DNA of 64,000 bases, from positions 410,353-474,352 of the forward strand of contig JAWQFM010000018.1 of assembly GCA_033442325.1 (NCBI GenBank). The letters run 5' to 3'. The DNA comes from Salpingoeca rosetta (taxonomy: Eukaryota > Protista > Choanoflagellata). A program made the translations under genes and the position numbers. Under the pieces are notes generated by a model. It was not told the origin of the DNA. It did no database searches and was given only the letters and a program-made list of their open reading frames with translations. Shown piece after piece: positions 33,755-51,253 of the stretch. Numbering within the stretch: position 1 is the first letter of the stretch; each line of letters opens with the position of its first letter.

Positions 33755-34790
33755 ACACACACTGTGTCGCGTACCTTTGCCTTTACCCCTCCCCCACTCC
33801 CTTCAGTCAACCCCACCTTCCCACCTTCTGCCTGGTGCACATCCAGCTCACAACAGCAACAACAACAACAACACAAGCAGCGCCACCACGCAACCATCTG
33901 ATTTATGCTGTCGGCTGCGTCTCTCCACGCGAATGGAATCCTCGTGTAACATTCACAACTTTTCTTCTTAACCAACCCGCCCATACACCCCATTACCCGC
34001 CCCTTACCCATTTCCCCCCAACCCGCCGCTACTCTTTGGTGCTGCGCGGTGTGAACTTTGTGTCTTGGATCCAAGCTCCTGGTAAGCGCTCGCTCGCGGT
34101 CGTGTGCATCTGTGCGCATCTGTGCGCATCTGTGTGTATCTTTGCGCTTCTGCGTGGATACACACGTGTGCGTGTACGTGTGTATCCGTGACAGTCAGTG
34201 ATGCGAGAGAGCACGCGTGAGTGCTTCTTCTTCACGTGAGTGCTTCCTCCACTTCTGGCCCTCCATATCCACACACACCTGCGAACGCGCGCACGTGCGT
34301 CGTCAACATACCCCCACCATCCTCTCCAGCACAACCATACACTAACAGGCGCATGTGTGCGTCAGCCTCCACTGCACTCCCCATCACAGCTACTCTGACA
34401 GATGCACGCACGTGCGCCACCCTCCACCACGACACCCGCACCACACAGCTACACCTTCACGCACACGTGCATCAGCAAACATGCTAGCACCACCTCTCTC
34501 CCACCCTTCTCCCACCATCACCACACGCGAGTGCGCGTGTGTGTGTGTGTGAGTTAACCCAACTTGAGGCTCACAGACAGGCGCAACTAGCGTACGCGCC
34601 GTCTCTGCTTCCCTTTGACTCACATTGTGCCGATATCATGCGCGTGTTCTATGTGTGCGTGTGTGTTTCCATCACTTGTCTCCTTCCCCGCCTCTCTCGC
34701 GTCGCTTTAGGGAACCGATACCGCTGCCCCCTTGGCGGCCGCATTGTGCGCTGTCGCCTCCTCAGCACCGCCACCACTGAAACTGCCACA

Positions 34791-34964
34791 ATGTCGCCCC
34801 ACCCGAAGCGCCCCAAGCTCTGTTCCTCTCCCGTGCAAGAGGAGACACAGGAGCAACAGCAGCAGCAAGGGACGTCGCAAGACCAGCAACAGCAGCAACA
34901 AGGCCAGCAGCAGCAAGGGACGCAGCAGCAGCAGCCGCAGGAGCAAGGCACGTCACAAGACCAC

Positions 34965-35002
<38 letters not shown>

Positions 35003-35615
35003 GGGTCCGATGGCAGGCGTGCTCATGGGCGATGCCATGGATGAAAGCGACGACTATGACGACTATGACGACTATGACGACGACGGTGACAGCGATGATG
35101 ACGGTCATGGCAGCGACGGCGACAACGACGACGTCAACGACGACGACGACGACGACGGCCTCACAATGCGTGACGTGCCTGTCGTGACCCAGCCTGATGC
35201 GCTTCTGGCCGCACTGCGGCAATCGCTGGCACCCGTGGACCGCGCACTCCGCTCTAACCACCGCGGCCGCAGCACACCGCGGGTCAAGCAGTCCGAATCA
35301 CCGCCCCCGGACGAGGCCTTGAAGAGGCGCATGGTGCGGCTGAAGAAGAACACCGCTGCACTCGGCGCCGGCGACCTCAAGCGGAAGGAAATGGAGGACC
35401 GCTTCCGCGCCGACGAGCGCGACGGCCGGCTGTCGAGCGAGCCCGTGTATGGCGCCATGGCAAGCTGCATGCGGCCCGTGACACCAGCACCGCGCCTGTT
35501 TGAGCTGGCAGACGTGCGCCGCGTCCCACGCACGACGCGCCGGTGCAAGAGCGAGCCGCGAGGCAACAAGCCCCGCCTGCACTTTATGGGCCGTCCCCGA
35601 CGCAACTCCCTCTGA
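34791..35615 (+). CDS. Hypothetical single-exon protein, Q-rich and D-rich, with NLS-like PHPKRPK
   Basis: GC-rich, codon-like second half within ORF 34539..35615. No domain recognised. Confidence 0.55.
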
Positions 35616-35668
35616 GGTGATCCGCGCTTGTGTATATGAGGTGTATGTGTGTGTATATGAGGTGTGTG

Positions 35669-35843
<175 letters not shown>

Positions 35844-36236
35844 TGTGTGTGCTTTGCGTGACCCATGTTTCAATTGTGTTGAGCGCCTCGCGCCCCCGCG
35901 CCCCGTCTCTTCAACTCACTGTTCTCACACCCCCCCCTCCCAAATTGCCCATCTGGTGTATGATCTGCATGCGGGAACAGTGGCCTCCCCCCCACATGCG
36001 TACATATGCGTATGACTCACGCCTCCTTCGCCGTCATCACGATGGCTCCTGGCTGCCGCAGCATTCACCTCCATTCAGCCAGCCCTGGCGTGTGTTCCTG
36101 CCGTGCATGTTTCGCGTGTGCATTTTTTTTTGTGTTTTTTGTTTGGTGGTGTCGTGTTGTGTGTGCGTGTGTGTGTGTGTGGATGTGATGTTTTTGCGGC
36201 TGCGGCCTGTTTGCTGTCCACCAACTCCACCTCCTT

Positions 36237-36309
<73 letters not shown>

Positions 36310-37276
36310 ACATCTCTCCTCACCTCTTCTCCTCACCATTACCATATTTACGTCTCCTCCCCCGTGTGCGCGCGTGTGCACTTATGTATTCGCTTGTGCT
36401 CTGAGAGCTATTGTTCCTCCTCCCTCTTCCCCCTTGCATCCCTTGCACAGATGGTTGCGTTTGTAACGCTGCCATGTGTTTGCGAGGACACGTCCCGTGT
36501 TTGTCACCTCACCCCTCACACCCTTCCATCTTTGAGAGCTTTGTGGCTGTGGCTGTGCCTGTATCTATCTGTAGGCGTGTTGGTGTTGGCTACGCAGCGC
36601 CGCGATCGTCTTGTTCGCTGGCGTGCTTTTGTTCGCTGGTGTGCTGTGTTCGTTGGTGTGCTTTGTTTGTGTGTTTGCGTGTTTGAATGTTGCCAGAAAA
36701 GCGTGCGCGCTGCGTCTGTTAACTGTTGGAGAAATACAAAATCCAAAAAGGAAGAAGCCTGAACATGGCGCAAGACAACGGGGTGGTGCACACACATACA
36801 CACTGGTAGGCGGAGTGAGCAAGCCAAACATGGACGCAGACAGACACAGACACAGACACAGACACAGACACCGACACACACAGACACAGACACACACAAA
36901 GGTTGTGCGTGTAAGACAGCAGAAAAATGCATGCATGCACCGGGTGCGATGGAAAGCGATGTGTGCCGACCATAGCTGCTCGGTCGTGCAGGTTGACAGC
37001 TGTAATCGAGGGATGCAGAAGAGAACGTGGGTGGCAGTAAGAGAGAAGCGGAGCCCAGCAGACACACACACACACACACACACACATGTCAGTCGAATAG
37101 ATGGGCAAAGGGTGCACAGAGAGACAGAAAGTGAGGGAGAGTACATGCGTCTGGATTGTGTGTTTGCGTGTGCGAGAGAGAGAGTGTGTGTGTGTATGTG
37201 TTTGTGCTTGTTCCAGGGAACAAAATGCAACGGGTTGTGCACAGAAACAGCAAGTATGATGTGCAGCAACCACAAG

Positions 37277-37329
<53 letters not shown>

Positions 37330-37577
37330 GCGCACAAGCACACACACACACACACGCACAAGCGCACAAGCACACACAAAGGCACACACATAGACACAAG
37401 CATGCACACCCTGACCTTGGATGGAGAACGAGTCGACGAGCGTGTGTGCGGGAAAGAGGAAATCACCCGACACATCTGGGGGTGATGCACGCCTGTGGGG
37501 TTGCGCAGCGAACAAGGGTGCATATCTGCGCAGGCAGTGGCTCGACGAACCACGCAGTGTTAATGTACACAACAAGC
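37330..37577 (-). pseudogene. Duplicated, frameshifted copy of one vanin exon plus flanking intron
   Basis: Near-identical to ~46500-46705 (EPLPAQICTLVRCATPQACITP). It has one extra G (ctgggggtg vs ctggggtg) at ~37480. Confidence 0.75.
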
Positions 37578-37786
37578 CCTGCGTTTTGTCGACAGTTGCA
37601 TATGTGTGAGTGTGTGCGTGTGCGTGTGTGCGTGAGTGCGTGCGTGTGTGTACATGCATGTGAATGTGAGAACTGGTTGTGGAGGGAGCGGGCATGGGGC
37701 TGCTATTAGTGGTGAGAGTGCTCGTCAAATGTGGGCACAATTGAATACAAGAATGCACAAGAATACAGCCACCAGCAGCAGCAGTG

Positions 37787-37831
<45 letters not shown>

Positions 37832-38133
37832 TTTGTAACTACACAACAACCACAAAAAAACAACAACAACAACATTTACGCCCGTACAATTACGAATTAC
37901 ATTACCGTTATTGTCAACGGAACGGTCCCGGGCTTTAAAACCAGTTTAAAAAAAAACGGCAATCAAACACCTTAAACCACTTAACCAATTTTTACTATAA
38001 ATTAAACAACAGCGTATGCCAACTACGAACAACNNNNNNNNNNNNNNNNNNNNNNNNNNNNNNNNNNNNNNNNNNNNNNNNNNNNNNNNNNNNNNNNNNN
38101 NNNNNNNNNNNNNNNNNNNNNNNNNNNNNNNNN

Positions 38134-38425
38134 GCGACAACAACTTAAACAACGGCAACAGTTAAACAACAACTTAAACAACAACAACAACTTAAACAAC
38201 TTAAACAACTTAAACAACTTAAACAACAACTGAAGCAGCAACAAACAACAACAACAACAACACCAAGCACTACCACTACCACTACAAGAACAACAACAAC
38301 AACAACAACTGAGACAACAACAACTGAGACAACAACAACTGAGACAACAACAACTTAAACAACAACTTAAACAACAACAACAACAACAACTTAAACAACA
38401 ACTTAAACAACAACAACGGAGACAC
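38134..38425. repeat. Degenerate (CAA)n / ACAACTTAA / ACAACTGAG repeat next to a gap
   Basis: Read directly from the sequence. It resembles the TTTETTT tract at 15428-15622 and the intronic tract at 56508-56650 (opposite strand). Confidence 0.75.
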
Positions 38426-39687
38426 CGACCTCGTACCTTAATTGCACTGTTCTCTGTTGTGTTCGGAAGGATGCAGCCGCCTCCAAACCAAACACGGCCG
38501 ACACATTGCCCCAACTTCGCCCTCAAGCTGTCTGCACGCACGCATGCATGGTGTGAAGGGTCGCAGGAGGAGCGTACGGAAGAGAGAGAAGGGAGCGAGA
38601 TGAAAGGAGGTCAGCGCATGCCACCACAATGAGTTCCACTCATGCAGGTGGGAAGCAGACAACATGGCAGTGTCGCCCAGTCGTGTCGACCAAGAGGATG
38701 CGCAGCCTCAACGCCAATACGGCCAACGACACAGAACCACACCCAGCAGCAACCAGCAACTAGGCCCCAATACCACCACCACCACCACCACCACCACCAC
38801 CACCACCACCACCACCACCACCACCACCACCACCACCACCAATGACATCAACAACATCAAGATTCGCTGTGTTGCACCCTTTGTCCAATCGACAAGTCGC
38901 TGTGCAAGCCGTCGAAGGCATCAGCAGATATGCAGCAGGCACAGAAAGAACACACGTCGCATGCAAAATGTATCGCACCCGTGTGTCTCTGTGTCGATGC
39001 TGGAAAGCCACGCCTGTCCTGTGTGCGCTACAAGCAGTGGCTGTTGATCCTGTCAACGTCGACCAGTGGCGTCCCCTATCAACGAAGATGGCACCACAGC
39101 TGTTGATCTTCTCCGCTGCCTACCACGCAAAGCATTACACATGAAAGCATTATGTTCGCCAAAACAAGACAGTTGTGTGATGGTGGTGCTGGTAGTTGTG
39201 TGATGGTGGAGCTGGTGGAGCTGTTGCTGGTGGTGGTGGTGGTGGTGGTGATGTGCGTCGTCAGCAGGAGCCACTGCAACTGAGCGTGCTGTCGTTGTCG
39301 TCGTTGTTGTTTTGGTTGTGTGCGGATATTGCTGAGTCAGCAGTTCATGGGTGGCGAAGGACTTGGTTGGGCGCAGTCTTCACTTGCTTGCTTGCTTGCA
39401 GACAGTCGAGCAGTCATAGTGTTGGTGGTGGTGGTCGACGATCACAAGGGTTGATGCAGAGAAGAGAGATGGGCGGCTTGTGTTGCGTATCAGCAGCTGG
39501 CTAGCTGGCTTGTTGTGCAGAGATGCAGTGCAGCTTGAATCAAGTTGGTTTGCTGTGCAAATGCATCTGGGGACAGCACATCCTCCCTCTGGGCTGCGCT
39601 GCGCTGTGCGATCTGCAGGTCAACTGGAACATTGATAGATAGACAGAGAAAGTGTGTGTATGCATGCTTGTTGGTGTGTGCTTGTGG

Positions 39688-39741
<54 letters not shown>

Positions 39742-40913
39742 TATGTATGCATGGGAGAAGGGGAGTAGGCTGATAGGCTAGTGGCTTAGTGGCGGTGTTG
39801 GTTTCGGTGGGAAACACGCTTGCTGTTCATATCTACTCTGCGTTGTCGTGTCACTGCTCTTTGTTGTCATCCCACTACTGCTGCTCCTCCTGACATCACA
39901 CTCACACTCGCACACTGTCGCGATCCACTCGATGTGACTTCTTGTCACTCATTGTTTGTTGTGTGCGTGGCATGATGCAGACGAGCGGCACGTTTTGGTG
40001 GATGGCAAAGACAAGAGGGACTCGCACCTTGCTCGGTGTGGCAGTGCCGATGCTTGGCTGCGCTGCTGATGCTGCTCAGATGAACTGACAGCGGGCACCG
40101 ACAGCTCTTGGCCCACGCTAGCAGGACAGCATGGCTGCTTTCCATCAGCCGCTGCATCGGGCAGCTTCGGCACGGCACCGCTCAGCAACAGTGGTTGGTG
40201 AATGGCTCACCTGTGTGCATGTGTGCATGGTTGGCGTGGTGGTGCTGTTGAATGTGTCACACGCACAACTGCTGCACAAGTGTGCATGCGTGTTTCGAAG
40301 CAGAAGAAGACACACACACACGCACGCACACGCACAAGGCTTGGTGCGTGCGTGCGTGCTCTCTCTCCCCCTCTCTGTACTAACTGCGATGCAAACGCGC
40401 ACCTCCATGCACAGGAGTACAAGTGAAGATTGGAGTTATGATGCCAGGCACTGAGTTGCGCATCGCTGAGCCATGGTTCGTTCAGTCTGCTCTGCAACAC
40501 GCACACAACACACACAACACACAACACACACACAACACACACAACACAACACACACATACACACTACCACACACAGACACACGTCACAATACAAACAACA
40601 CACAACACACGCCTCATCACAATACAAACAACATCCAACAAATGTCTCATCTTGGTATTCTCTCATCTTGGTATTCACCCCCTCCCTCCCAAATGCCAGA
40701 TGGCCAATTTTTCTGCGTGTTGGAAAATGGTCATATCCATCATATCCGTTGTTGCCGCGTCGCAAGGCCGTGACGTCACACCACTTTCGCGTGCCATGCG
40801 CCAGTGAGCTTTTGAAGATCGGACGTTCGCACACACGCAAGGAGCAGAAGAGAGGGCAGCGACTGGCCCCGCACAGGCACACAGACGCTTGCGCAAGCCC
40901 ACACGCGCACACG

Positions 40914-40996
<83 letters not shown>

Positions 40997-41738
40997 TTTC
41001 CTTCTACCTCCGGGCACGCACGTGAAGATACAAGCCAGCACCTGCGCATACCACCACAGGCAGCAGCACCAGCATTCACGCATACCACCACAGGCAGCAG
41101 CACCAGCATTCACGCATACCACCACGCATACCACCACAAACAACAGCAGCAGCAACAGCAGCAGCAACAGCTGTAGCATCAGCAGCACTACCCCCACCAC
41201 AGCAGCCGCAGGTGTCATTTTTTGCCCTCCCTTCGACCGCACCGCTTCCCCAACTGCTCGCTGTCTGCTTCTGTGTTCCCCTCATAACCGCCTTCACTCT
41301 CCCCTCTTTCCACTGCACCTGCAGTCACACGAGAGAGCAGGAATTGCTCTGGGCGAAAAAAACAAAAAAACGGTGAGATTCGCACAATCTCTTGTATCAC
41401 TTGCCGTTGGCCTACTGCCAACTTGCGCTCTCTTATGGACGTGTGCACGTGTGCTGGCTTCCTGCGCGAGTGTGGACACCATTTCCCGCAGCCCTCTGTG
41501 TGTGTGTGTGTGTGTGTTTTCTTCTCATCTCTGCCCTTCTCCCGTCCCTTGTGGGGAAGTGGTAGGTGAACGCACACGCACACGCACACGCGCACGCATA
41601 CGCACACGCACACGCACACGCACACGCACGCGCACGCCTACGCACACACACACGCGCGCGCATGTTGGCTCGCACTGGCCCCATTCCACCCTGCCTGCTG
41701 TGTGCATTTCCCCCATGTCTGCTTCCCTCCTTCTACCT

Positions 41739-41792
<54 letters not shown>

Positions 41793-41886
41793 ACACACAC
41801 ACAGCCATCTTCACCCCGGCAATCCGCTGCCCTCTTGTCGCTCACTTTGGCTCGGCTGCTGTGGCGTTTGACCCTTCGCAGGCACG

Positions 41887-44992
<3,106 letters not shown>

Positions 44993-45794
44993 CGACGATG
45001 GCAGCTGTCACGACCGCCACGGTGCGTTGAATTGGTCAACTTGGTCAACTTGCATTCCGTCCTGTGTGGTGGGATGCTGGGGGTGTGCGTTTGCGTGCGT
45101 TTGCGTGCGTTTGCGTGCGTTTGCATGCATGCATGCATGCATTGATACATGGGAGCTGTGTGTTTTGTGAGGTGGAGAGCTTAGCTCACGTGTGCTGCCG
45201 CTGTGTGCAATTGCTTTCCTTTGCTGCACCGCACCGTTTAGCGTCGCCGCGATTGAAAAGACTTGAGAAGATGTGACGTGAGGACGTGGGCTGTCGTGGC
45301 AAAAGGAGCCACGCACCAACCCCCCTCCTGCCCTCTTCAGAGAGCGATGGCTTTGTGTTTTGCGTGTGTGTGTGTGTTCGTGCGTTTGCTTGGTTCTGTC
45401 TAGGATACGAGCGAGTTGTTTTGTTTGTGCGCTTTATCTATGCTTTCTCCACACTCCCTCCCCTTTCCCAACCAACTTCCTTTGTGTGTCATGCAAGGTC
45501 AACAACATGTTGTCCTGCGTCTGCGGCCAACATTATCACCAACACTGCTCTTGATGGTGGCGGTGCAAAGTGGAGTGCTGTGCGCATGCGCTGGACAGCG
45601 CCAGAAAAGATGTGTGATTGTGCTGATTGTTGTGTCTGTGCCCGAAACAATAAAAATCACCAACATAACACAACATTTTGTCACAACGTCACCATTTAGT
45701 CTGTGTATCAGCATGTGTAACATCGTGTCTCAACGCACGTGTGCGCACGCAGTGGGCATGTGTATGTGCACATAAAGCACATACATGCCCCATC

Positions 45795-45886
<92 letters not shown>

Positions 45887-46013
45887 CAACAGAGGACACG
45901 CACACCGAGGGGATTGAGAACATTCTTGCTTGAAACGAACGCACGCACAAATCGGATGGCATGGTGAAAAAAAAAAAGAAAAAAAAAGAGGACTTATTGC
46001 ACCACCCTACACC

Positions 46014-46454
46014 TCAGCCTCCTTGTATTCGCCTTTTTCCTCCTCCTGTGGCTGCTGCTGTTGTGGTTGTGGTGCTGTTCCATGGCCGACCAATGATGGA
46101 TGCAGCAAGCAGTTTGCGCGGCCACACGCTGCCGCTGCTGGCGATGCCGTTCACGACAGCATGAAGCGCGGTCTTGGGCAGGAGCTGACCGCCGTCTTCA
46201 ACCAGGAGCGGAAACTGCTGCTCTCTCGCATACGTGAAGTTGCCTGCAGGGAAGCCCGGGTGGTCGTATGCGTGCGCATGCATGTGGTGGCAACGGATGG
46301 AGACACAGCCAAGGTGTGAATATTGACGAGTGGGACAGCAAGGCGTCAAGTGCATGCCAGAAGCAAACGCAAAGTACTGCACGCAGACACACACTGCAAG
46401 GGTAGACGCAGACGCGCGCATACTCTACTGCAGATGTAACCACTCGCACGCACA

Positions 46455-46499
<45 letters not shown>

Positions 46500-49088
46500 G
46501 CGCACAAGCACACACACGCACAGACACAAGCATGCACACCCTGACCTTGGATGGAGAACGAATTGACGAGCGTGTGCGCGGGAAAGAGGAAATCACCCGA
46601 CACATCTGGGGTGATGCACGCCTGTGGGGTTGCGCAGCGAACAAGGGTGCATATCTGCGCAGGCAGTGGTTCAAGGAACCACGCCGTGCCCGAGTACACA
46701 ACAAGTCCATACCGCTCACTGTCACAAGTACAATGCACGCGTGTATGCGCGCGTGTGTGGGTACGCATAGAATTGGGTTCATAGATAAGCGATGTGCCTT
46801 TGTGCCGACTCACGTGCAAGACACCCGCGTGAGCGACTGACACGAGTTACACCAGTGCGCGTCATAAACGAATGAGCAAACGCGTCCAAAGCAACACTCA
46901 AAGCAACAGTGGCAGGGTTGGGCGCATTGTTCAGTGTGCATCTCATTATGAGACGACTGACTTTGTTGCTGTCTGGTTGGCCGCGAACGAATACTGCGCA
47001 GTGCATTTGAGCCCGTTGAACTCGGCCGTCAGCGTGCCGCTGATGTGCATCGTGGCAGACACGCGGGTACGTAACGAGTGGGTCATGAGTATGCCAACGA
47101 ATGCGGTATGCGCGTGTGCGTGTGCATGATTGTATGAGCGCGCGTGTGTGCGTGCGTGGGAGGAGAGGGCAGCAGAGGGAACGCGTGTGGACATGTGCAC
47201 ATGAGTACATGTGTACATATGTACATTTGTGTGTGTGTGTGTGTGTGTGTGTGTGGTTAAAGGGATGATAGATGGTATCGACAACAAGCAGAACGATTGG
47301 GGGTTGCATTTTAACAAACAGTGCAATCAGCACACGCTGTCGTTCAATTCGGTTTGTCTCACCTCTTCCCTGGAACGGCGTCAACAATATCACATGCACA
47401 TGGATCCACGCCGATCGTGCCACAGTGCTTGCTGTCACTCGCACTGCCGCTGTTGTCACCGTCGTTGTTGTCACTGTCGTTGTTATTGTTGTTGTTGTTG
47501 TTGCTGCTGCTGCTCTGCTTGCTGTTCTTGTGAAGGCGAGCTGTTGTCACTGACCGTGCTGCCAGCGACGACGACACAGGAGCGCAGGGGTCGGTCGGCA
47601 CGTCGGCAACCAGCAGCTGCTCATCCTGCAGGCCGTCCGCGGTGTAGTTGAAGTAGGTGGCGATGGGGTGTCCGCACGCGTAAATGCCGCTGCCGCTTGT
47701 GCCGTGCTCGGCGGTGTTGGCGGCCAGGAACGTCGTGTTGAACGCGCGGGACCACGCCTGCAGCGGTGATGGGTGAAGGTGTGATGCGGTGTAAGTGGTT
47801 GGTGGTTGGTGGTCGGAGTTGGTGGCTGTTAGTGCAGCAAGAATGCAAGGAGACGGGCTGTTGTTGATCAAGACAGCGTAGCAAATGGACATAAGTGCCC
47901 TGCAATGAGGGCATCCTGTTTAAGCTGCAAATAGCTGCACCCACAAAACGGTTCCCAACAACGCGCACACATTCGCACACACATACACACGCACAGACAC
48001 ATACACACATACAAACACACATGCACACGCACAGATACATACGCACAAACAAACACACAAACACACACATGTGGACAGGGGGACCCTACCTGCTGGTACT
48101 GCGTTGCGGTGAGGATGGGCGGAACGTTTGTCCAGGAGGTTGGAAACACAAAGTGCTTGATGCCTTGTTTGACGAGCTCAAGGGGCGGGTCAGGGAAGAG
48201 GGAGTCGAAGCAGATGAAGATGCCGAAGCGAACGCCAAAGTCTGTGTCGAAGTAGCGCACCTCCGCCACGTTCGGTGTGTCGAAGACAGGGAATGGCGTG
48301 AAGATGTGCTTCTTGTGGTAGCGGGCGATGACCGTTCCATAGGAATCAAACACGACGCCTGTGTTGAAGAGGTAGGCCCCGTCCTTGGGGCAATGCGGGT
48401 CGCTTGTTGCGTTGCACGCCTTGCGATCGTTCATTCCAACCACAACATACATGCCGTGCTCAGCCGCCATGCACGACAACGCGCACAAAGCAGGCCTTTC
48501 AAGTCATCGCAATTAACACAAGCACACACAACAAGGGAGGTGAGGCACAATCAAGGGAGTAGCAACAACAACAGCCGACGATTCGACTCGTCGACCATAA
48601 GGTACAGCGGACAGAACGTGATCCCTATGACACAACTACCATCCCCACGTAGGCACTTAACACGCATCCTGCATTGTGCACCTCGCCCTCTCCTCGCCGC
48701 ACCTGGCTGTGCAGTAGTTGGGGTCGTTGTCCCAGCAGGGGTTGATGCTGTCGCGGCCATCAGGCACATCTTCCGCGAACTCCATGTTGAGGGCGCGACT
48801 GATGGCGTTGCCACCGAGGCCGACTTCCGGAAACACGATGATCCGTGCACCCTGTGCGGCGGCGCGCGCGGTTGCGTTCTTGTAGCTGGCCACATTCTGC
48901 ATTTTGGACCACTGGGGCCTCTTCGCCTCCTTGGTTCGATAGTGCTGAAACACTGCGGCACGATAGTGGGGTGGTGCTGCAGCAGCTGCTGCCACCATCA
49001 CACCCTGCGGCACGTGCACCACTGCCATCACCACCAGCAACAGCGCAACCACTGCCGCTGCCACCACCATTTTGTTGCTTGGTGCCAT
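46014..49088 (-). CDS. Vanin/biotinidase family amidase (nitrilase superfamily), secreted, multi-exon
   Basis: Signal peptide and YRAAVFQH. Catalytic Glu in IIVFPEVG, Lys in ARYHKKH, Cys in FICFD. Also LSCMAAEHGMYVV, CPKDGAYLFNTGVVFD and FPTSW. Vanin C-terminal domain QICTLVRC...FSIQGNFT...QFP...IIGR. Confidence 0.92.
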
Positions 49089-49296
49089 CTCCGCTGGCTT
49101 CTTCTTGGGTTTGTTTGTGTTTGTCTGATTTCTGCTGAGTCAGCAGTTTTCCCGCGCACAGGCAGACAGTGGCAACAAGCGCACAAACAGAAGACAGCAC
49201 ACTCCGCATTTACCACACCCCAGCGCTGCACCCACGTCGATCGTTTCCTTAATTTGTCTTGAGAATTGTTGAGCTCGCGAGCTGCCGACAGCAGGG
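49089..49296. promoter_or_regulatory. Probable bidirectional promoter (vanin / PARP4-like)
   Basis: Only 208 bp separate the two divergent ATGs. Confidence 0.5.
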
Positions 49297-51200
49297 ATGG
49301 CCAGCACCACAAAGACTGGCAGTCGCTACAACGGTGATGGGCTTCCAGCTTCCTCGTTGTCGCACGCGGCTGGCCTTTCGAGATCGTCCTCGTTGTTGAG
49401 CGGCGGTCATGGTGGCAGCCTCCTGTCTTCGTCGCTCTCGAACACATCCAACCTGTCCAGCCTGACCCATGCTGGCGGCGCCGCAAGATCGCACACGGGC
49501 ACAAGCAGCCTGTTGGCCAGGTCATCGAAGACAGGAGCTGGCGTGAGCACCGTCAACAAGCTGCTGTGTTCTTCGGCGTCATCAGCATCAGGAACAGTAT
49601 CGTCGCTGTCGCAGCTCTCAGCCCTGCGACAGCACAACAAGGACCATCATGCGGGGGCGCAGGATCTGGCACAGGAGCAAGAGGAGGAGGAGCCGCGGCT
49701 GTTCACGGGCTTCATCTTCTGTGTGGACGGCATGGCTCCTGCCCAGCGGCAGAAGGTGAGCAAACTGCTACGGCAGCATGGCGCCACCACATCCGTCACC
49801 GTCTCGGAGGAAGTGAACGCGCTTCTTGTGTGGAACCTCGAGCCAGAGACGTTCAAGATGAAGGCTGCGAAGCGCAAGCACGTCCCGATCCTGCTCAGCT
49901 CCTTTGTCTATCGCTGCATCGAAGAAGACGCCATCGTTCCCTTTGACAACTTCCTTTGCGGGTCAGTGTGTGTGCGTGTGCGTATGAATGTGTGTGTGTG
50001 AATGTATGTGTGAATGTGTGTGAATGTGTGTGAATGTGTGTGTGAATGTGTGTGTGTGTTTTCATGTGTGTGTTTTCATGTGTGTTTTTGCACTTGTGTG
50101 TGTGTGTGAATGTGTGTGTGAACGTGTACGACACGCCGTGAGCCTGCTCATCTTTGTACTCTGCTACTCCACCTTTCCACCTCACCCCGCAACCCCCAAT
50201 CACTTTCTCGGCTGCATGAGCAGAACCACCACTGAGCTGACAAGCGGCGTCATATCTGCCTCGAAGGATGTCACGTCCGCCAATCCGCAGGACAGCGAGC
50301 GCAGCGCCCTCCATCGCAAGCTCAAGCGCACCACGCTCAAGGTACGGTCCACACACGTGCGCGGGAACCACAGCGTACCGCTTGTACCGCTACTGGCGTC
50401 ATTGCGTGTGTGTCTTTGCCATCTGAGGAATGGCCACTTGACGCAAGCGAATCCAATGCGTCTTTGCTGTCTTCTGTCGCGATTGCCTCTCACTCCCGCC
50501 ACGTACACATCCCACCCCCGATTCTCATCACCACCACCAATCATTCACCGTTCACCATTCAACCACGGCAGGATCTGCGTGACATCAGTGTGGCAAGTGA
50601 GCCGGCTGGCGTGTATCATGTGATCCAATATGGGCTCTTCCACAACGCCCGCAGTGGCCGCTTTGCATGCGTTGAAATGCATATGCACCGCAACTTTGAC
50701 CCAGCCGCAGGTGTGTGTGTGTGTGTCTGTGTCTGTGTGCGTGCGTGCGTGTGTGTGTGAGTGTGTCTGTGTGTCTATGTGTGTGTGTGTGTCTGATCGC
50801 TGCCTCAGTACCAGCTCAGTGCCCACTCACCACCGCCTTTCTTCCCCTCTCCAACGTGATGCAGAGCACGACATTGCATCTTGTGGTGACGGCCATCAAC
50901 AGCAACAGAAAGACGAGGACGATCGCGCTGACACGAGCACCGATGATGACAGCGCCAGCAAATACGTCAAACACGTGCACTTTGTGGTTGACGGAGAAAC
51001 CCACTGGCCCGCAGGCGAACAACACACCACCACCACCAATGTTGACAATGGCGACAACAACCACGACAACGGCAACAACAACGATAACAACGACAATGAC
51101 GCTGACGGAGACATTGACGATGCGGTCATTTCTGAACTGCCGCAGTTGCGCGTGTACGTCAACACGCAGGACATGGACGGCGAGGAAAACGTGAGATACG

Positions 51201-51253
<53 letters not shown>

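Noticed and set aside
38842-40210. Short ORFs 38842..39144+ and 39949..40188-
   Set aside because: No recognisable domain or coherent exon chain, so they cannot be supported as genes.
40415-40830. Exon-like fragments (PGTELRI; FLRVGKWSYPSYPLLP) faintly reminiscent of spartin
   Set aside because: Too short, and I could not build a consistent start, stop or splice phase. At most a decayed fragment.
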